This document shows, piece after piece, positions 1-9,654 of a stretch of DNA of 28,113 nt (position 1 is its first letter; every line of letters begins with the position of its first letter). Where the stretch lies: positions 1-28,113 of IMG/VR virus record IMGVR_UViG_3300048828_000145. One strand, given 5' to 3'. Origin of the DNA: a virus. Taxonomy: Duplodnaviria; Caudoviricetes. Below the pieces are notes generated by a model. The model worked only from the letters and a program-made list of their open reading frames with translations. It did no database searches and was not told the DNA's origin. Both the position numbers and the translations under genes were made by a program.

Positions 1-1
1 G

Positions 2-139
2 GCTGAGACAGATTACTTTGCGTTGACTGATGTAACGATGGACGCTGCGATGACGAGTTATCGTCAGGCTTTGCGTGACATTACAGATCATGCAAACTTT
101 CCTAATCTGGACGACGCTGACTGGCCCGCAAAGCCTTAA
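2..139 (+). CDS. Tail fibre assembly chaperone, 3' part (5'-truncated)
   Basis: Frame 2 reads AETDYFALTDVTMDAAMTSYRQALRDITDHANFPNLDDADWPAKP*; the YRQALRDI...WPxKP end is typical of phage tail assembly chaperones. Confidence 0.8.
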   Translation, partial: AETDYFALTDVTMDAAMTSYRQALRDITDHANFPNLDDADWPAKP

Positions 140-154
140 AGGGGGAGAAGGCAC

Positions 155-1633
155 ATGCCGTTAATCCCGCTAAAACTCCCCGCTGGCCAGTACCGCAACG
201 GCACTGACCTTATGTCTCAGGGCCGCTGGCGGGACATTAACCTCGTCCGTTGGCATGAGGATGCTCTGCGCCCTGTGGGCGGATGGCGGCAGCGTTCATC
301 TGTTGATCTGAACGGCGTTGTCCGATCCATGATTGCGTGGGAAGAAAATGACGGATTGCGTCAAGTGGCGGCTGGAACGTACAATAACTTGTACGTCATC
401 AACGCAAACGGCACCGCGACTGACATTACTCCCGCTGGCTTAACCGCTGGGCGCATTGACGCAAATATTAATACAGCATACGGCGGCGGGTTTTACGGCA
501 ACGAAGAATACGGCTTGCCACGCGCTGACACTGAAACCATCCTTCCGGCTACAACTTGGTCACTAGAAAACTGGGGTGAATACCTGCTGGCTATGTCATA
601 CGATGACGGCAAGCTATACGAGTGGCAGGGTGACGTTTTGACTGACGCCGCGCTGATCGCAAACGCTCCCACAGATTGCACTGGCATGATGGTCACGGAG
701 GAGCGCTTTGTTGTGTGCTTCGGCGCAGGCGGCGATCCGCGCAAGGTGCAGTGGTCGGATCAGGAAGATAACACAACTTGGACGCCCGCTGCCACAAACC
801 AAGCTGGTGACATAAATCTGCAAACTAACGGTGTTATTTTGGCTGGGTTACGCACACGCGGCCAGTCGCTTATTCTGACCACAGAAGACGCTCACACATT
901 AACGTATTCCGGCCCACCATTTGTGTATGGTGTAGAGCGCGTCGGCACCTCCTGTGGGCTTGTGGCGGCCCGTGCGGCGGCTTCTGTTGACAATGGCGTG
1001 ATTTGGATGGGATTGCGTGGCTTCTTTATTTACTCTGGCGGCAGGGTCCAGAGCGTCCCGTGTGACGTGGCTGACTATGTGTTCAGCGACATCAACAAGG
1101 ATCAGCGCTCCAAGGTGTCTTGCGTAGTCAACAGCGCTTGGAACGAAATTTGGTGGTTTTACCCCAGCGCAGACAGCCTTGAGTGCAATCGCTACGTTGC
1201 CTATGACTTTGTAGAAAACATCTGGATCACAGGCGAAATGGATCGCACCGCTGGCGTTGATCGCGGCGTGTTCCGTTACCCAATGTTCATTGCAAGCGAT
1301 GGTGAGCTATACGAGCATGAGATCGGCTATAGCTACGGCTCAAGCACTCCCTATGCCGAAACCGGGCCTATTTCTATTGGGTCTGGCGACAACCTAATGA
1401 ACGTTGTTGAGCTTATCCCAGACGAGAAAACTCAGGGCGATGTGACTGCCACGTTTAAAACACGCTTTTATCCAAATGGCGATGAAAGCGAATACGGTCC
1501 TTTCAACATGAGCAACCCCACTTCGGTTCGCTTCCAAGGTCGTCAGGTGCGTATGCGGGTTGAGGGTAGCGTTGCGACGGATTGGCGTGTTGGCATTATG
1601 CGGCTTGATGCGCGGCAGGGCGGGCGGCGATGA
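155..1633 (+). CDS. Virion tail hub / packaged DNA stabilization protein (P22 gp10-like)
   Basis: 492 aa, beta-propeller-like composition (VQWSDQEDNTTW, EIWWFYPS); GGGGGAGAAGG RBS; lies upstream of ejection genes. Confidence 0.75.
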   Translation: MPLIPLKLPAGQYRNGTDLMSQGRWRDINLVRWHEDALRPVGGWRQRSSVDLNGVVRSMIAWEENDGLRQVAAGTYNNLYVINANGTATDITPAGLTAGRIDANINTAYGGGFYGNEEYGLPRADTETILPATTWSLENWGEYLLAMSYDDGKLYEWQGDVLTDAALIANAPTDCTGMMVTEERFVVCFGAGGDPRKVQWSDQEDNTTWTPAATNQAGDINLQTNGVILAGLRTRGQSLILTTEDAHTLTYSGPPFVYGVERVGTSCGLVAARAAASVDNGVIWMGLRGFFIYSGGRVQSVPCDVADYVFSDINKDQRSKVSCVVNSAWNEIWWFYPSADSLECNRYVAYDFVENIWITGEMDRTAGVDRGVFRYPMFIASDGELYEHEIGYSYGSSTPYAETGPISIGSGDNLMNVVELIPDEKTQGDVTATFKTRFYPNGDESEYGPFNMSNPTSVRFQGRQVRMRVEGSVATDWRVGIMRLDARQGGRR

Positions 1634-2277
1634 GAGTTGTCCCGCCAATCACCTTTGACCTATCAGCGTGGGCGGAAAATATGCGCCGCTACCTTGGCAA
1701 AGCTCTAAACCAGCTTGACGCCAAAGACGCGTCCGTGTCGGCGGCAGAGGATGGCATTTTGCTGTGGGATCGGATTAACGGCTACCCGGTTGTCTCAAAG
1801 AACGGTGAGTGGGTGCAAGTTGTTTTGGAGGACGGCAAGTATTCCGGGGCAGTGACAGCTGACCAAACTGCCGCGTCCATAAACACAGCTTACGCTTTGA
1901 CCTACACTTCCAGCATCGCTGACGGTATTGCTAACGGCACTCCAGCCTCTCGCATTGTGTTTGATGAGGCTGGTCAGTATATGATTAGCTTTTCTGCGCA
2001 GATTGCATCGACATCAAGCTCAACTGTAAACTTCTGGTTTTGGCCACGGATAAATGGCTCTGACGTTACCGGGTCAACAATGAAAAATGCACTACACCAA
2101 AACGGGTCTGTTTTAGTTGTGTCGCGCTCTGCAATATTTGAGCTTAACGCTGGAGACTACCTTGAAGCTATGTGGGCAGTAGACAACACCAGTGGTTTTC
2201 TTGACGCAACAGCCGCAACTGCATTTGCGCCTGCCGCGCCAGCTTCAACGATAGCAATTACGAGGTTGCATGGATGA
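1630..2277 (+). CDS. Putative virion structural protein with beta-rich (C1q/jelly-roll-like) C-terminus
   Basis: ATGA overlap with the gp10-like gene; GQYMISFSAQI...LNAGDYLEAMW pattern. Confidence 0.55.
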   Translation: MRVVPPITFDLSAWAENMRRYLGKALNQLDAKDASVSAAEDGILLWDRINGYPVVSKNGEWVQVVLEDGKYSGAVTADQTAASINTAYALTYTSSIADGIANGTPASRIVFDEAGQYMISFSAQIASTSSSTVNFWFWPRINGSDVTGSTMKNALHQNGSVLVVSRSAIFELNAGDYLEAMWAVDNTSGFLDATAATAFAPAAPASTIAITRLHG

Positions 2278-2741
2278 CCAGTGAAAACGTCATAAAAGTC
2301 AGCTTTGAGCCGCAGCAAGATCCTATGGTGGAAATGTTCGCCGTTTTGCCGGAGAACCTTCCATCGGTTATAGATGACGCGCGGCGCTTTATAGCCATGT
2401 CCACCGCGCGCCAGGACAATGTAAACGCCGATCACATCATACAAGACCTCTATGATGGCATGTCCCTTCTCTGGATGGTTTACGTCGACGGCACCCCAAT
2501 GGCGTCCGTCGTCACTTGCATTCTGCACCACCCGCTGCGGCGCAATATGAAGATTGAGTGGATGGGCGGGGAGGACATGCACCTCTGGGCCGGCGAGGCT
2601 CTGGCCACTTTGACAAAAATAGCGAAAGAAGCTAAAATGGACGCGATTGAGACTGACGGTCGCAAGGGGTTTGCGAAATACGCAGAAGCGGCTTCCTTTC
2701 GTGAAACGCGCAGGCATTATGAGATGGAGCTGAGCCAATGA
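2274..2741 (+). CDS. GNAT-fold acetyltransferase-like protein
   Basis: 155 aa, translationally coupled; IETDGRKGF motif; usual podovirus position before ejection proteins. Confidence 0.5.
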   Translation: MTSENVIKVSFEPQQDPMVEMFAVLPENLPSVIDDARRFIAMSTARQDNVNADHIIQDLYDGMSLLWMVYVDGTPMASVVTCILHHPLRRNMKIEWMGGEDMHLWAGEALATLTKIAKEAKMDAIETDGRKGFAKYAEAASFRETRRHYEMELSQ

Positions 2742-4582
2742 GTTCAACTAAGACGCAAGAAACTAAGCTGCCTGAGTGGCAAGAAGACTTCATCCGCGAG
2801 CAGATCCTGCCGCGCGGCGTTGAAATCGCCGAAACTGAATACACCCCATACGAAGGCGATCTGATCGCCGGCATGACGCCACTGCAAGAGCAGGCGCTGT
2901 CCGGCTTTGGCAGCTTAGACACGGGTGGGGAAACTTACGAAAAAGCGATTGGCGTCCAGCAGGGGCTCTCCAGCTTCGCCCCGGCCGCCATGTCCGCCGC
3001 CACAGCCGTCCCGGCCTCCACATACGGCGGAGCAACTGTTGCTGACACTCCGTCATACGGCGGAGCAACTGTTGCTGACACTCCGTCATACGGCGGAGCA
3101 ACTGTTGCTGACACTCCGTCATACGGCGGAGCAACTGTTGCTGACACCGCGGCATACGGCGGAGCAACCGTTGCGGACACAGCCGCATACGGCGGCGCAA
3201 CGATCAGCCCGATAGAGCGCGCCAGAGCCGCTCAGCTTGGCGAAGTTGAGCGAATGCAGGGCGTCGGCGCTGTTCGATCTGCGCGCGCACCAGGGCAGAT
3301 CGGGGTCGACACGCTGGCGAGGACAGACCTCGATCCGTATTTGTCGCCATACACTCAGAACGTGATTGAGCTTGGCCAGCAGGACATCGAGCGTCAGCGT
3401 CAGATGGCGTCTAACACGCTCGCCGCACAGGCGGAAGCTGCCGGCGCCTTTGGCGGATCGCGTCAGGCTGTTCAGGAAGGTGTCTTGGCAGGAGAGGCTG
3501 TACGCCAAGCCGGAGCTCTGTCCGCTCAGCAGAGGCAGCAGGCGTTTACGCAGGCACTCCAGTCTGGTCAGTTTGACATTGGCAACGTGCAGCAGGCTCG
3601 TGCATTGCAGTCGGGTCAGCAAATGACCGCTGAGACACTTGGCCAGCAGGCAAGAGAAGCTGCCGCAAACCGCGATCAGGCGGCACGCGCCGGCAACATG
3701 GCGGCGGCAAACCAGTTCGCTCAGCAGCAAGCACAGCTCGAGCAGCAAGCGACGCTGGCTAATCAGGCAGCGTTCAACGCAAGGGCGAAAGCCCAGGCGC
3801 AACTTACTCAGCAAGCTGGACTAGCAGCGGCCCAACAGGCTGCGGCACGCGCATCGCAGCAGGCTGGGCTGACGCAAGCCGCTGGACTAACAGCGGCCCA
3901 GCAGGCTGCGGCACGCGCATCGCAGCAGGCTGGGTTGACGCAAGCCGCTGGACTAACAGCGGCCCAACAGGCTGCGGCACGCGCATCACAGCAGGCTGGG
4001 TTGACGCAAGCCGCTGGACTAACAGCGGCCCAACAGGATGCGGCACGCGCATCGCAGCAGGCTGGGTTGACGCAAGCCGCTGGACTAACAGCGGCCCAAC
4101 AGGATGCGGCACGCGCATCACAGCAGGCTGGGTTGACGCAAGCCGCTGGCTTATCCAATCAGGCCGCTCTAAATCAAGCGATACAGGCAGAGGCGGCGCG
4201 CCAGCAGGCGGCAAACGTAGCCAACTTCCAAGGCCAGTTTCAGGCCGCTGGCATTCAGTCCGGCGCTGCCAACGCAATGGCCGGCCTGGCGGGGCAGCAA
4301 TTGCAATCGGAGCTCGCTGGCCTCGGCGCGCAGATGTCTGCCGGAGAGCAGGAGCGCGCCCTGGAGCAAGCTCAATTGCAGGCTGATTACGCGATGTTCC
4401 AAGAGCAGCAGGCGTATCCACTTTCGCAGCTTAACGCGCTTCTGGCCGCGGGATCCGGCATCCCGGCGGGTCTCGGGACCACTACAACCCGCGATCCGTT
4501 TGGCGGGTTGTCGGCGTTTGGAAGCCTCTTGGGCGGAGTGGGCGCTGTCGGTAGAGGCGGCGGCTTTGGCGCTCTTTTTTAG
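2738..4582 (+). CDS. Internal virion / DNA ejection (pilot) protein with tandem repeats
   Basis: Ala/Gln/Gly-rich 614 aa; YLSPYTQNVI and AGAFGGSRQAV motifs; Gly-rich hydrophobic C-terminus; synteny. Confidence 0.7.
   Translation: MSSTKTQETKLPEWQEDFIREQILPRGVEIAETEYTPYEGDLIAGMTPLQEQALSGFGSLDTGGETYEKAIGVQQGLSSFAPAAMSAATAVPASTYGGATVADTPSYGGATVADTPSYGGATVADTPSYGGATVADTAAYGGATVADTAAYGGATISPIERARAAQLGEVERMQGVGAVRSARAPGQIGVDTLARTDLDPYLSPYTQNVIELGQQDIERQRQMASNTLAAQAEAAGAFGGSRQAVQEGVLAGEAVRQAGALSAQQRQQAFTQALQSGQFDIGNVQQARALQSGQQMTAETLGQQAREAAANRDQAARAGNMAAANQFAQQQAQLEQQATLANQAAFNARAKAQAQLTQQAGLAAAQQAAARASQQAGLTQAAGLTAAQQAAARASQQAGLTQAAGLTAAQQAAARASQQAGLTQAAGLTAAQQDAARASQQAGLTQAAGLTAAQQDAARASQQAGLTQAAGLSNQAALNQAIQAEAARQQAANVANFQGQFQAAGIQSGAANAMAGLAGQQLQSELAGLGAQMSAGEQERALEQAQLQADYAMFQEQQAYPLSQLNALLAAGSGIPAGLGTTTTRDPFGGLSAFGSLLGGVGAVGRGGGFGALF
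3023..3202 (+). repeat. In-frame 33-bp tandem repeat (YGGATVADTPS/AA), 5 full copies plus 1 partial
   Basis: Units start at 3023, 3056, 3089, 3122, 3155, 3188. Confidence 0.95.
3815..4150 (+). repeat. In-frame 66-bp tandem repeat (AGLTAAQQ[A/D]AARASQQAGLTQA), 5 copies
   Basis: Units start at 3815, 3881, 3947, 4013, 4079. Confidence 0.95.
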
Positions 4583-4604
4583 ATAAGAGGATTGGACGAT
4601 AGAC

Positions 4605-5723
4605 ATGGAACCTTACTTTTTAACACAAGAAGACATCGACAAGCTGCTCGCCGCCGGCGGATCTGGCGCCATGCCGGGTGAGGAGGCAACGCCTGAAGAC
4701 TTGCGGCTTCTAGGTATTTCGCCGCAGCCAGCCCCAACAGCAACAGACGATGGAAGCCCCGGCGGCAACCCGGCAGTCGATCCTACGCCCGTTGCTGCGC
4801 CCGTCACTACGCCTGCCGCAAGCGGCGCAGCAACGCTCCAGCAGCTTCTGGCACCCCAGACGGCCACGCCGACAGATCCATACGAAAACCTATCTAAAAC
4901 TCAGCGCCGGATGCTGGCGTTTGCCGGTCTTTCGGATGCGGGGGCGGCATTGCAAGGAAGGCAGGGAACGAGTGTCGACAGCTTGATGGGCCGCTTCAAC
5001 GAGCAGGCCGACATGCAGCGCAAGGCTACGGCGGCGCAGGCTCGGCAACAGATGTTGCAAGGTCTTATTGGCCCCGGCGCTGCGGGCGGAGACCCGCAGG
5101 CTCGCATCCAGCAGCTTCTCAACATGGCAATGGTAAACCCGAGCATGGCGCCGGCAATCGCGTTGCAGGTTAAGCAGATCCAAGACCAGCTAAAGGCATC
5201 CACGGGCGCGCTGGGCAAGTCCTCACAGGCAGGCACTCAGCTTGAAGACGTTAATGCTTTGCTTAATATGATAGACGAAGACCCAAGCCTAACCACAGGC
5301 ATAATGGGGTCACTCCTTAGCTACATCCCCGGCACCGGCGCGAATATCGCTGAAGGCTTGGCTACTACTTTAAGGTCAAACCTTGCACTTCAAGCGCTGA
5401 AGGATTTGAAGGCAACAGGCGCGACGATGGGTGCGCTTAACGCAACAGAATTTACCGCTCTGGAGACTGAATTAACTCAGCTTGATTTATCTAAGGGGCC
5501 GCAAACGTCTAAAAGAGCTCTAAAGAGAATTCAGACAAAGTACCAAAACCTTGTCGCAGACGCGTTTAGAGACGCCGAGGAGCAGGCGAACGCTGGAAAC
5601 CCTATAGGGCAAAGAACGCTTGAAGGCTTGAACAGGATATTTGGCGGCAAGCCAGAGTGGACTGAAAGCGCGGGTCCAGTCGTTCCGTCAGGCGGCTCAA
5701 CAGATCCACTGAACATTTTATAA
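4605..5723 (+). CDS. Putative internal virion / ejection protein 2
   Basis: 372 aa helical Ala/Gln-rich; LKATGATMGALNATEF motif; position in ejection cluster. Confidence 0.6.
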   Translation: MEPYFLTQEDIDKLLAAGGSGAMPGEEATPEDLRLLGISPQPAPTATDDGSPGGNPAVDPTPVAAPVTTPAASGAATLQQLLAPQTATPTDPYENLSKTQRRMLAFAGLSDAGAALQGRQGTSVDSLMGRFNEQADMQRKATAAQARQQMLQGLIGPGAAGGDPQARIQQLLNMAMVNPSMAPAIALQVKQIQDQLKASTGALGKSSQAGTQLEDVNALLNMIDEDPSLTTGIMGSLLSYIPGTGANIAEGLATTLRSNLALQALKDLKATGATMGALNATEFTALETELTQLDLSKGPQTSKRALKRIQTKYQNLVADAFRDAEEQANAGNPIGQRTLEGLNRIFGGKPEWTESAGPVVPSGGSTDPLNIL

Positions 5724-5735
5724 TAGGGTACAAGC

Positions 5736-8081
5736 ATGGCCTCCATACAAGAAATCCGCAGCAAATACCCTCAGTATGACCAGCTGAGTGACGAAGAGCT
5801 TGCACGGGCGCTTCACGGCAAGTTCTATTCAGACATGGATTTCGGCGATTTCTCAACTAGGATCGGACTGGCTCCCGCTCAAGAGGCTCCGACGATCCCA
5901 GAAGGTTCCACGCTCCTAAAGCAGTACCCGGACGGCGGTTACATCACGCAAGACCGTAAGACGCGTAGGATGAATTATGTCAATCCGAATGACGCTTATG
6001 TGACCGCCGATCAAGGCACAATTACCAGCATCATGCGTGAAGGCGGGAACGCTGCAAAAGTTGTAAAAGGCGAAATGTCCCGCGACGTAGTCGGCGAGGG
6101 TTTTACGACGATGGCCAGCATGTTTGGCAAAGGTGTTCCGTTTGCTCGCGGCTATGTTGAGCCAGCAATGGCCAAAGTCAGCGAGTTTGCTGGGCAGTTT
6201 ACGGGGACACCGGCTGTCAGCGAAGAAACTATCCGCGCCGCCATAGGATCGCAGGAGGCAGAGCTTCCCGGTTTAACCACCGCTGGTCGCCTCGCGACTG
6301 GTGCGGCTCTTGGCGTGGCGTCTGGCGCCGACCGCCTTATCAACGCGCCAACGCGCATTGGGCGAGCCGCTCAAGCTGTTGGCTATGGGGCAGGCATTGG
6401 CGGCGCTGAAGGCGCTATTGCGGGCTACGGTGAGGGTGGATTGCCGGGAGCAGTAGAGCAGGCACAAACCGGCGCCCAATTTGGAGGCATTTTTGGCGCG
6501 GTTGCGCCTGTGGTCGGGTCAATCGTCGGAGGCGTGAGCCGCCTCAGAGCCGAAATGCCATTCCGCTCTGACATTAACAAGATCGGCGCCAAAGGTGACG
6601 CTCGAAAGCTGATAAAAGACGCCGTAGAGGCTGACGGCGTTGGGGCCACAGCTGCGGCAAACACGCCTTACGGAAACATAGCAACTCTCGGCCCGAATAT
6701 GTCAAACCTTCTTGACGTCGTTGCGAACACTCCGGGCAAGGGTGCGGCAGTGGTGCGGTCAAACCTCAATGAGACATCTCTGGCCGCGTCACAAGATTTG
6801 TCGAGAACGCTAGACGACGTTCTTGGCGAGGTTACGGCCGGCAAGATTGGCCAGAAAGCCGACATCATGGCGGACACCGCCGAGGCGCGCCGCGAGCTGT
6901 ACGGCAGCGCATACACGTCCGAAATAATCCCCGGGAAAGAAGCCTCTGACACTGTGCTTGACCTGTACACTCGGGTCATCCCAGAAGACCTCACCGGCGC
7001 CACCACACTGATGCGTGAGGCCGGCGGAGAGTTTAGCTACATGGTTCCGACGCGCGTCAGCGAAGAACAGGCAAACAAGATACTGAAAAGCGCAGACGGC
7101 GTGAACATAACTTACGACGTCGACGGGAACTACATCGCCATGCGGACGCCTACGGTCGAGACGCTGGACTACGTCACGCGTCGCCTGCACAGCCGGGCCC
7201 AAGAGCTCAAGCGATCTGGCGACATCGAAGGATACCGCTCAAAGACTGCGCTGGCAATTCAGATGCGCAATGCGCTTGACGAAGTCAGCCCAGACTACGG
7301 CGCTGCTCGCGCTGCCGGCAAGGACGCTATAGACCAGAAAATTGCGGCGGACATTGGCACAGACTTGCTGAGCCCGTCGGTGACGCGCGAAGAAGTCCAG
7401 ATCGCACTGGACGTCATGGGTCCGACCGAGCTGAAGCAAGTCAGAACTGCGTTGAGAAACCGTTTAGACGAGATTGCTGCAAACGCGAAAATCAACCCTT
7501 CCAAGCGCACCGACGCCGAGGTGGTTGAGGCGCTTGCCCAGCTGAAGGCGATGAATACTCGAGCTGTGGCCACAAAGATGCAGATGGTTCTGGGTGACGT
7601 CGGCTTCGAGAAGATGTCGAACAAGATCCGAGAAGCCAGCGACGCCATGATTATGGCAGCATCTGTTGCTCAAAACTCGAAAACAGCAATACGTCAGGCG
7701 GTTCAGAAGCGCTTTGAGGAGCTAATCACCCCGACGATGGGCGAGCGCATTGGCCAGCAAGGATTGCTGGGCGCGCCGACCGCGATGGCGTCGGACCTAT
7801 TGCTGTCTGGAGGCGGTCAGGCGGATCGCATCCGCGGCGCTCAAGAGCAGCTGGCGCCCATCTTATCACGCCGCATGACACCAGACGACTTGATGCGCCA
7901 GGCTCAAGCTATGGAGCGTGCAGCTCCTGGCATACAGGCAGCCAGAGAAACTGGAGAGGCGGCCCGGAGTAACGTCATAAGTGGACTACTCGGCACGGGC
8001 ATGTCAGCGCAGGCTGCCGGCGTTCAGCCCCCAATCGACCCCTCTCAGGATCTGTTAAGGCTTCTCGCCGGCCCCCGCTAA
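5736..8081 (+). CDS. Putative large internal virion / ejection protein 3
   Basis: 781 aa; N-terminal IRSKYPQYDQLSDEELARALHGKFYSDM motif; Gly/Ala-rich membrane-like segments. Confidence 0.6.
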   Translation: MASIQEIRSKYPQYDQLSDEELARALHGKFYSDMDFGDFSTRIGLAPAQEAPTIPEGSTLLKQYPDGGYITQDRKTRRMNYVNPNDAYVTADQGTITSIMREGGNAAKVVKGEMSRDVVGEGFTTMASMFGKGVPFARGYVEPAMAKVSEFAGQFTGTPAVSEETIRAAIGSQEAELPGLTTAGRLATGAALGVASGADRLINAPTRIGRAAQAVGYGAGIGGAEGAIAGYGEGGLPGAVEQAQTGAQFGGIFGAVAPVVGSIVGGVSRLRAEMPFRSDINKIGAKGDARKLIKDAVEADGVGATAAANTPYGNIATLGPNMSNLLDVVANTPGKGAAVVRSNLNETSLAASQDLSRTLDDVLGEVTAGKIGQKADIMADTAEARRELYGSAYTSEIIPGKEASDTVLDLYTRVIPEDLTGATTLMREAGGEFSYMVPTRVSEEQANKILKSADGVNITYDVDGNYIAMRTPTVETLDYVTRRLHSRAQELKRSGDIEGYRSKTALAIQMRNALDEVSPDYGAARAAGKDAIDQKIAADIGTDLLSPSVTREEVQIALDVMGPTELKQVRTALRNRLDEIAANAKINPSKRTDAEVVEALAQLKAMNTRAVATKMQMVLGDVGFEKMSNKIREASDAMIMAASVAQNSKTAIRQAVQKRFEELITPTMGERIGQQGLLGAPTAMASDLLLSGGGQADRIRGAQEQLAPILSRRMTPDDLMRQAQAMERAAPGIQAARETGEAARSNVISGLLGTGMSAQAAGVQPPIDPSQDLLRLLAGPR

Positions 8082-8084
8082 CCG

Positions 8085-8285
8085 CTACTTCTTAGCAGCC
8101 TTCTTAGGCGCGGCCTTCTTTGGCTGCGTCTCAAGCGCGTCTGCGGCTGCGCGGTGCAGCTGGGCCGACTGCTCTTGGATGATGGTGGCCGCCTGCTCGC
8201 AGAATTTAAACAGCGCCATGATGTTTGTAACGCGGTGCGGGTTGTTGAGATTGCGCACCAGTTCCTTTGTGTCGTCGTCTAGCAT
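8085..8285 (-). CDS. Small hypothetical protein with Lys/Ala-rich tail
   Basis: GGAGG RBS before ATG at 8285; ends PKKAAPKKAAKK. Confidence 0.7.
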   Translation of the reverse strand: MLDDDTKELVRNLNNPHRVTNIMALFKFCEQAATIIQEQSAQLHRAAADALETQPKKAAPKKAAKK

Positions 8286-8312
8286 GTGATCCTCCATAAA
8301 TTTCACTCTGGC

Positions 8313-8341
8313 AGCCTATAACATTTTTTTCTGTTTGTGAA
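8313..8341 (-). promoter_or_regulatory. Putative sigma70 promoter for the 8285 gene
   Basis: Minus strand TTCACA-17 bp-TAGGCT. Confidence 0.45.
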
Positions 8342-8351
8342 CATTTTGTGC

Positions 8352-8383
8352 TTGCAAGGGTGCGGCGTTAGCCCTATGTTAAC
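8352..8383 (+). promoter_or_regulatory. Putative sigma70 early promoter with overlapping CtrA-like box
   Basis: TTGCAA (8352)-17 bp-TATGTT (8375); TTAG-N7-TTAAC at 8368-8383. Confidence 0.55.
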
Positions 8384-8412
8384 AATATACACAGAAACAA
8401 AGGAACACGGAA

Positions 8413-8640
8413 ATGCAAGCCAACGAGATAAAAACATTAGAGATCAATAAGCTAAACAAGTCACAACGCGCTGCCATGAAGTCTTTGTGGAACGGGCGCA
8501 AGATCGGCATGATTATTGTCAATGATGTTCTCGGGAATAATTACCCAACTGTCCAAGTTAAAGATGACGCCAACCTGTGGCTGTCGGTTCAGCTTGGCCC
8601 TAGAGGCGCTGTTTACTCTAAGCGTTTTGAAAAAGTTTAA
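8413..8640 (+). CDS. Hypothetical early protein
   Basis: 75 aa ORF with AAGGA RBS, directly after promoter. Confidence 0.7.
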   Translation: MQANEIKTLEINKLNKSQRAAMKSLWNGRKIGMIIVNDVLGNNYPTVQVKDDANLWLSVQLGPRGAVYSKRFEKV

Positions 8641-8685
8641 CCGACCGGGGGCCACGCGCCCCCACAAACAAAGAAGGAGAGCATC

Positions 8686-9222
8686 ATGCTCAAAGAAATA
8701 ACGACAACCTATGCTGGCGATCATCACGCATTCGCCGTTTTGACTGACACCTTCGAGCAGGCGTATGTGCCAAACTCAGTAGTGTCATCCATCAAGCTCG
8801 AGGTCGGCAGAACGTACCGCGCCGGCGTCGTTGAGAACCGCCACGACCCCAAAGGCCAAACGCCTTGGTTCGTCACGTTCATCGAGGGCTCTGACTTTGG
8901 CCTGCGCGATAAGCTGAAAGATGCTCTCGAAACAATGCCACCCGCTGAAGCTCCGATCACTCCAGAGTGGGATCCGTTTGCCGAGCCAGAGAAGGCGCCG
9001 GCGGAGCTCGTGCGCGAAGCTGTTGACGCAATGAACGGCGAGCCGTTTCTAGCGAGCGAAGTGGCCGATATCACCGGCCTAAAGCACAATCAGGCCAGCA
9101 CATGCTTGAACAATATGTTTATAAAAGGTGAGCTCTCATGCGCCAAGATATACAGGAGCGCCGCCCAGGCGAGATCTACGCAAACCGTTTGGTGCGAAAC
9201 TGTTGAAAGGCTCCTCAAATGA
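8686..9222 (+). CDS. Hypothetical protein; possible N-terminal OB-like and C-terminal winged-HTH domain
   Basis: AAGGAG RBS; PFLASEVADITGLKHNQASTCLNNM resembles wHTH. Confidence 0.6.
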   Translation: MLKEITTTYAGDHHAFAVLTDTFEQAYVPNSVVSSIKLEVGRTYRAGVVENRHDPKGQTPWFVTFIEGSDFGLRDKLKDALETMPPAEAPITPEWDPFAEPEKAPAELVREAVDAMNGEPFLASEVADITGLKHNQASTCLNNMFIKGELSCAKIYRSAAQARSTQTVWCETVERLLK

Positions 9223-9368
9223 TGCCGACAAAGCAAGACTGGGCGATCCTGATCGCCTGGACGTCACTCTGCGGGCTGTTGATCGCCTGCACCGTGGCCG
9301 CTAATGTAACTGATGAAACAATGCGCCCAAAGGCGCGACCAACACACTGGGAGACCACACATGGCTAA
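9219..9368 (+). CDS. Small membrane protein (49 aa, not in ORF track)
   Basis: ATGA overlap; MMPTKQDWAILIAWTSLCGLLIACTVAANV... one TM segment; fills the operon gap. Confidence 0.6.
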   Translation: MMPTKQDWAILIAWTSLCGLLIACTVAANVTDETMRPKARPTHWETTHG

Positions 9369-9654
9369 CAACTACTCACGCTCCGACATCCTTGACATGG
9401 CGAGCGAATGCATCACGAGAGATCGGGCTGCGACGCACGGCGATATGGAGGAAAACTTCTCGACGATTGCGGCTTATTGGAGCATCCACTTGGGGGTCGA
9501 GGTGACCGCCGTAGATTGCGCAATTATGTGCGGGCAGATAAAGCTCGCTCGCCTCAAGTCTAACGCCGCCCACGCCGACAACTGGGTGGATCTGGTCGGA
9601 TACGCTGCCTGCGGCGGTGAGCTGGCCGCTGAGCGCCCGGAGGGTTCGACATGA
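9361..9654 (+). CDS. DUF6378-like phage protein
   Basis: DRAATHG..ENFSTIAAYWS..KLARLK..HADNWVDLVGYAA; GGGAG RBS favours start at 9361. Confidence 0.75.
   Translation: MANNYSRSDILDMASECITRDRAATHGDMEENFSTIAAYWSIHLGVEVTAVDCAIMCGQIKLARLKSNAAHADNWVDLVGYAACGGELAAERPEGST

Noticed and set aside
3023-4150. Tandem repeats as a CRISPR array or DGR template
   Set aside because: No unique spacers, repeats are in-frame multiples of three, and no cas or reverse transcriptase gene is present
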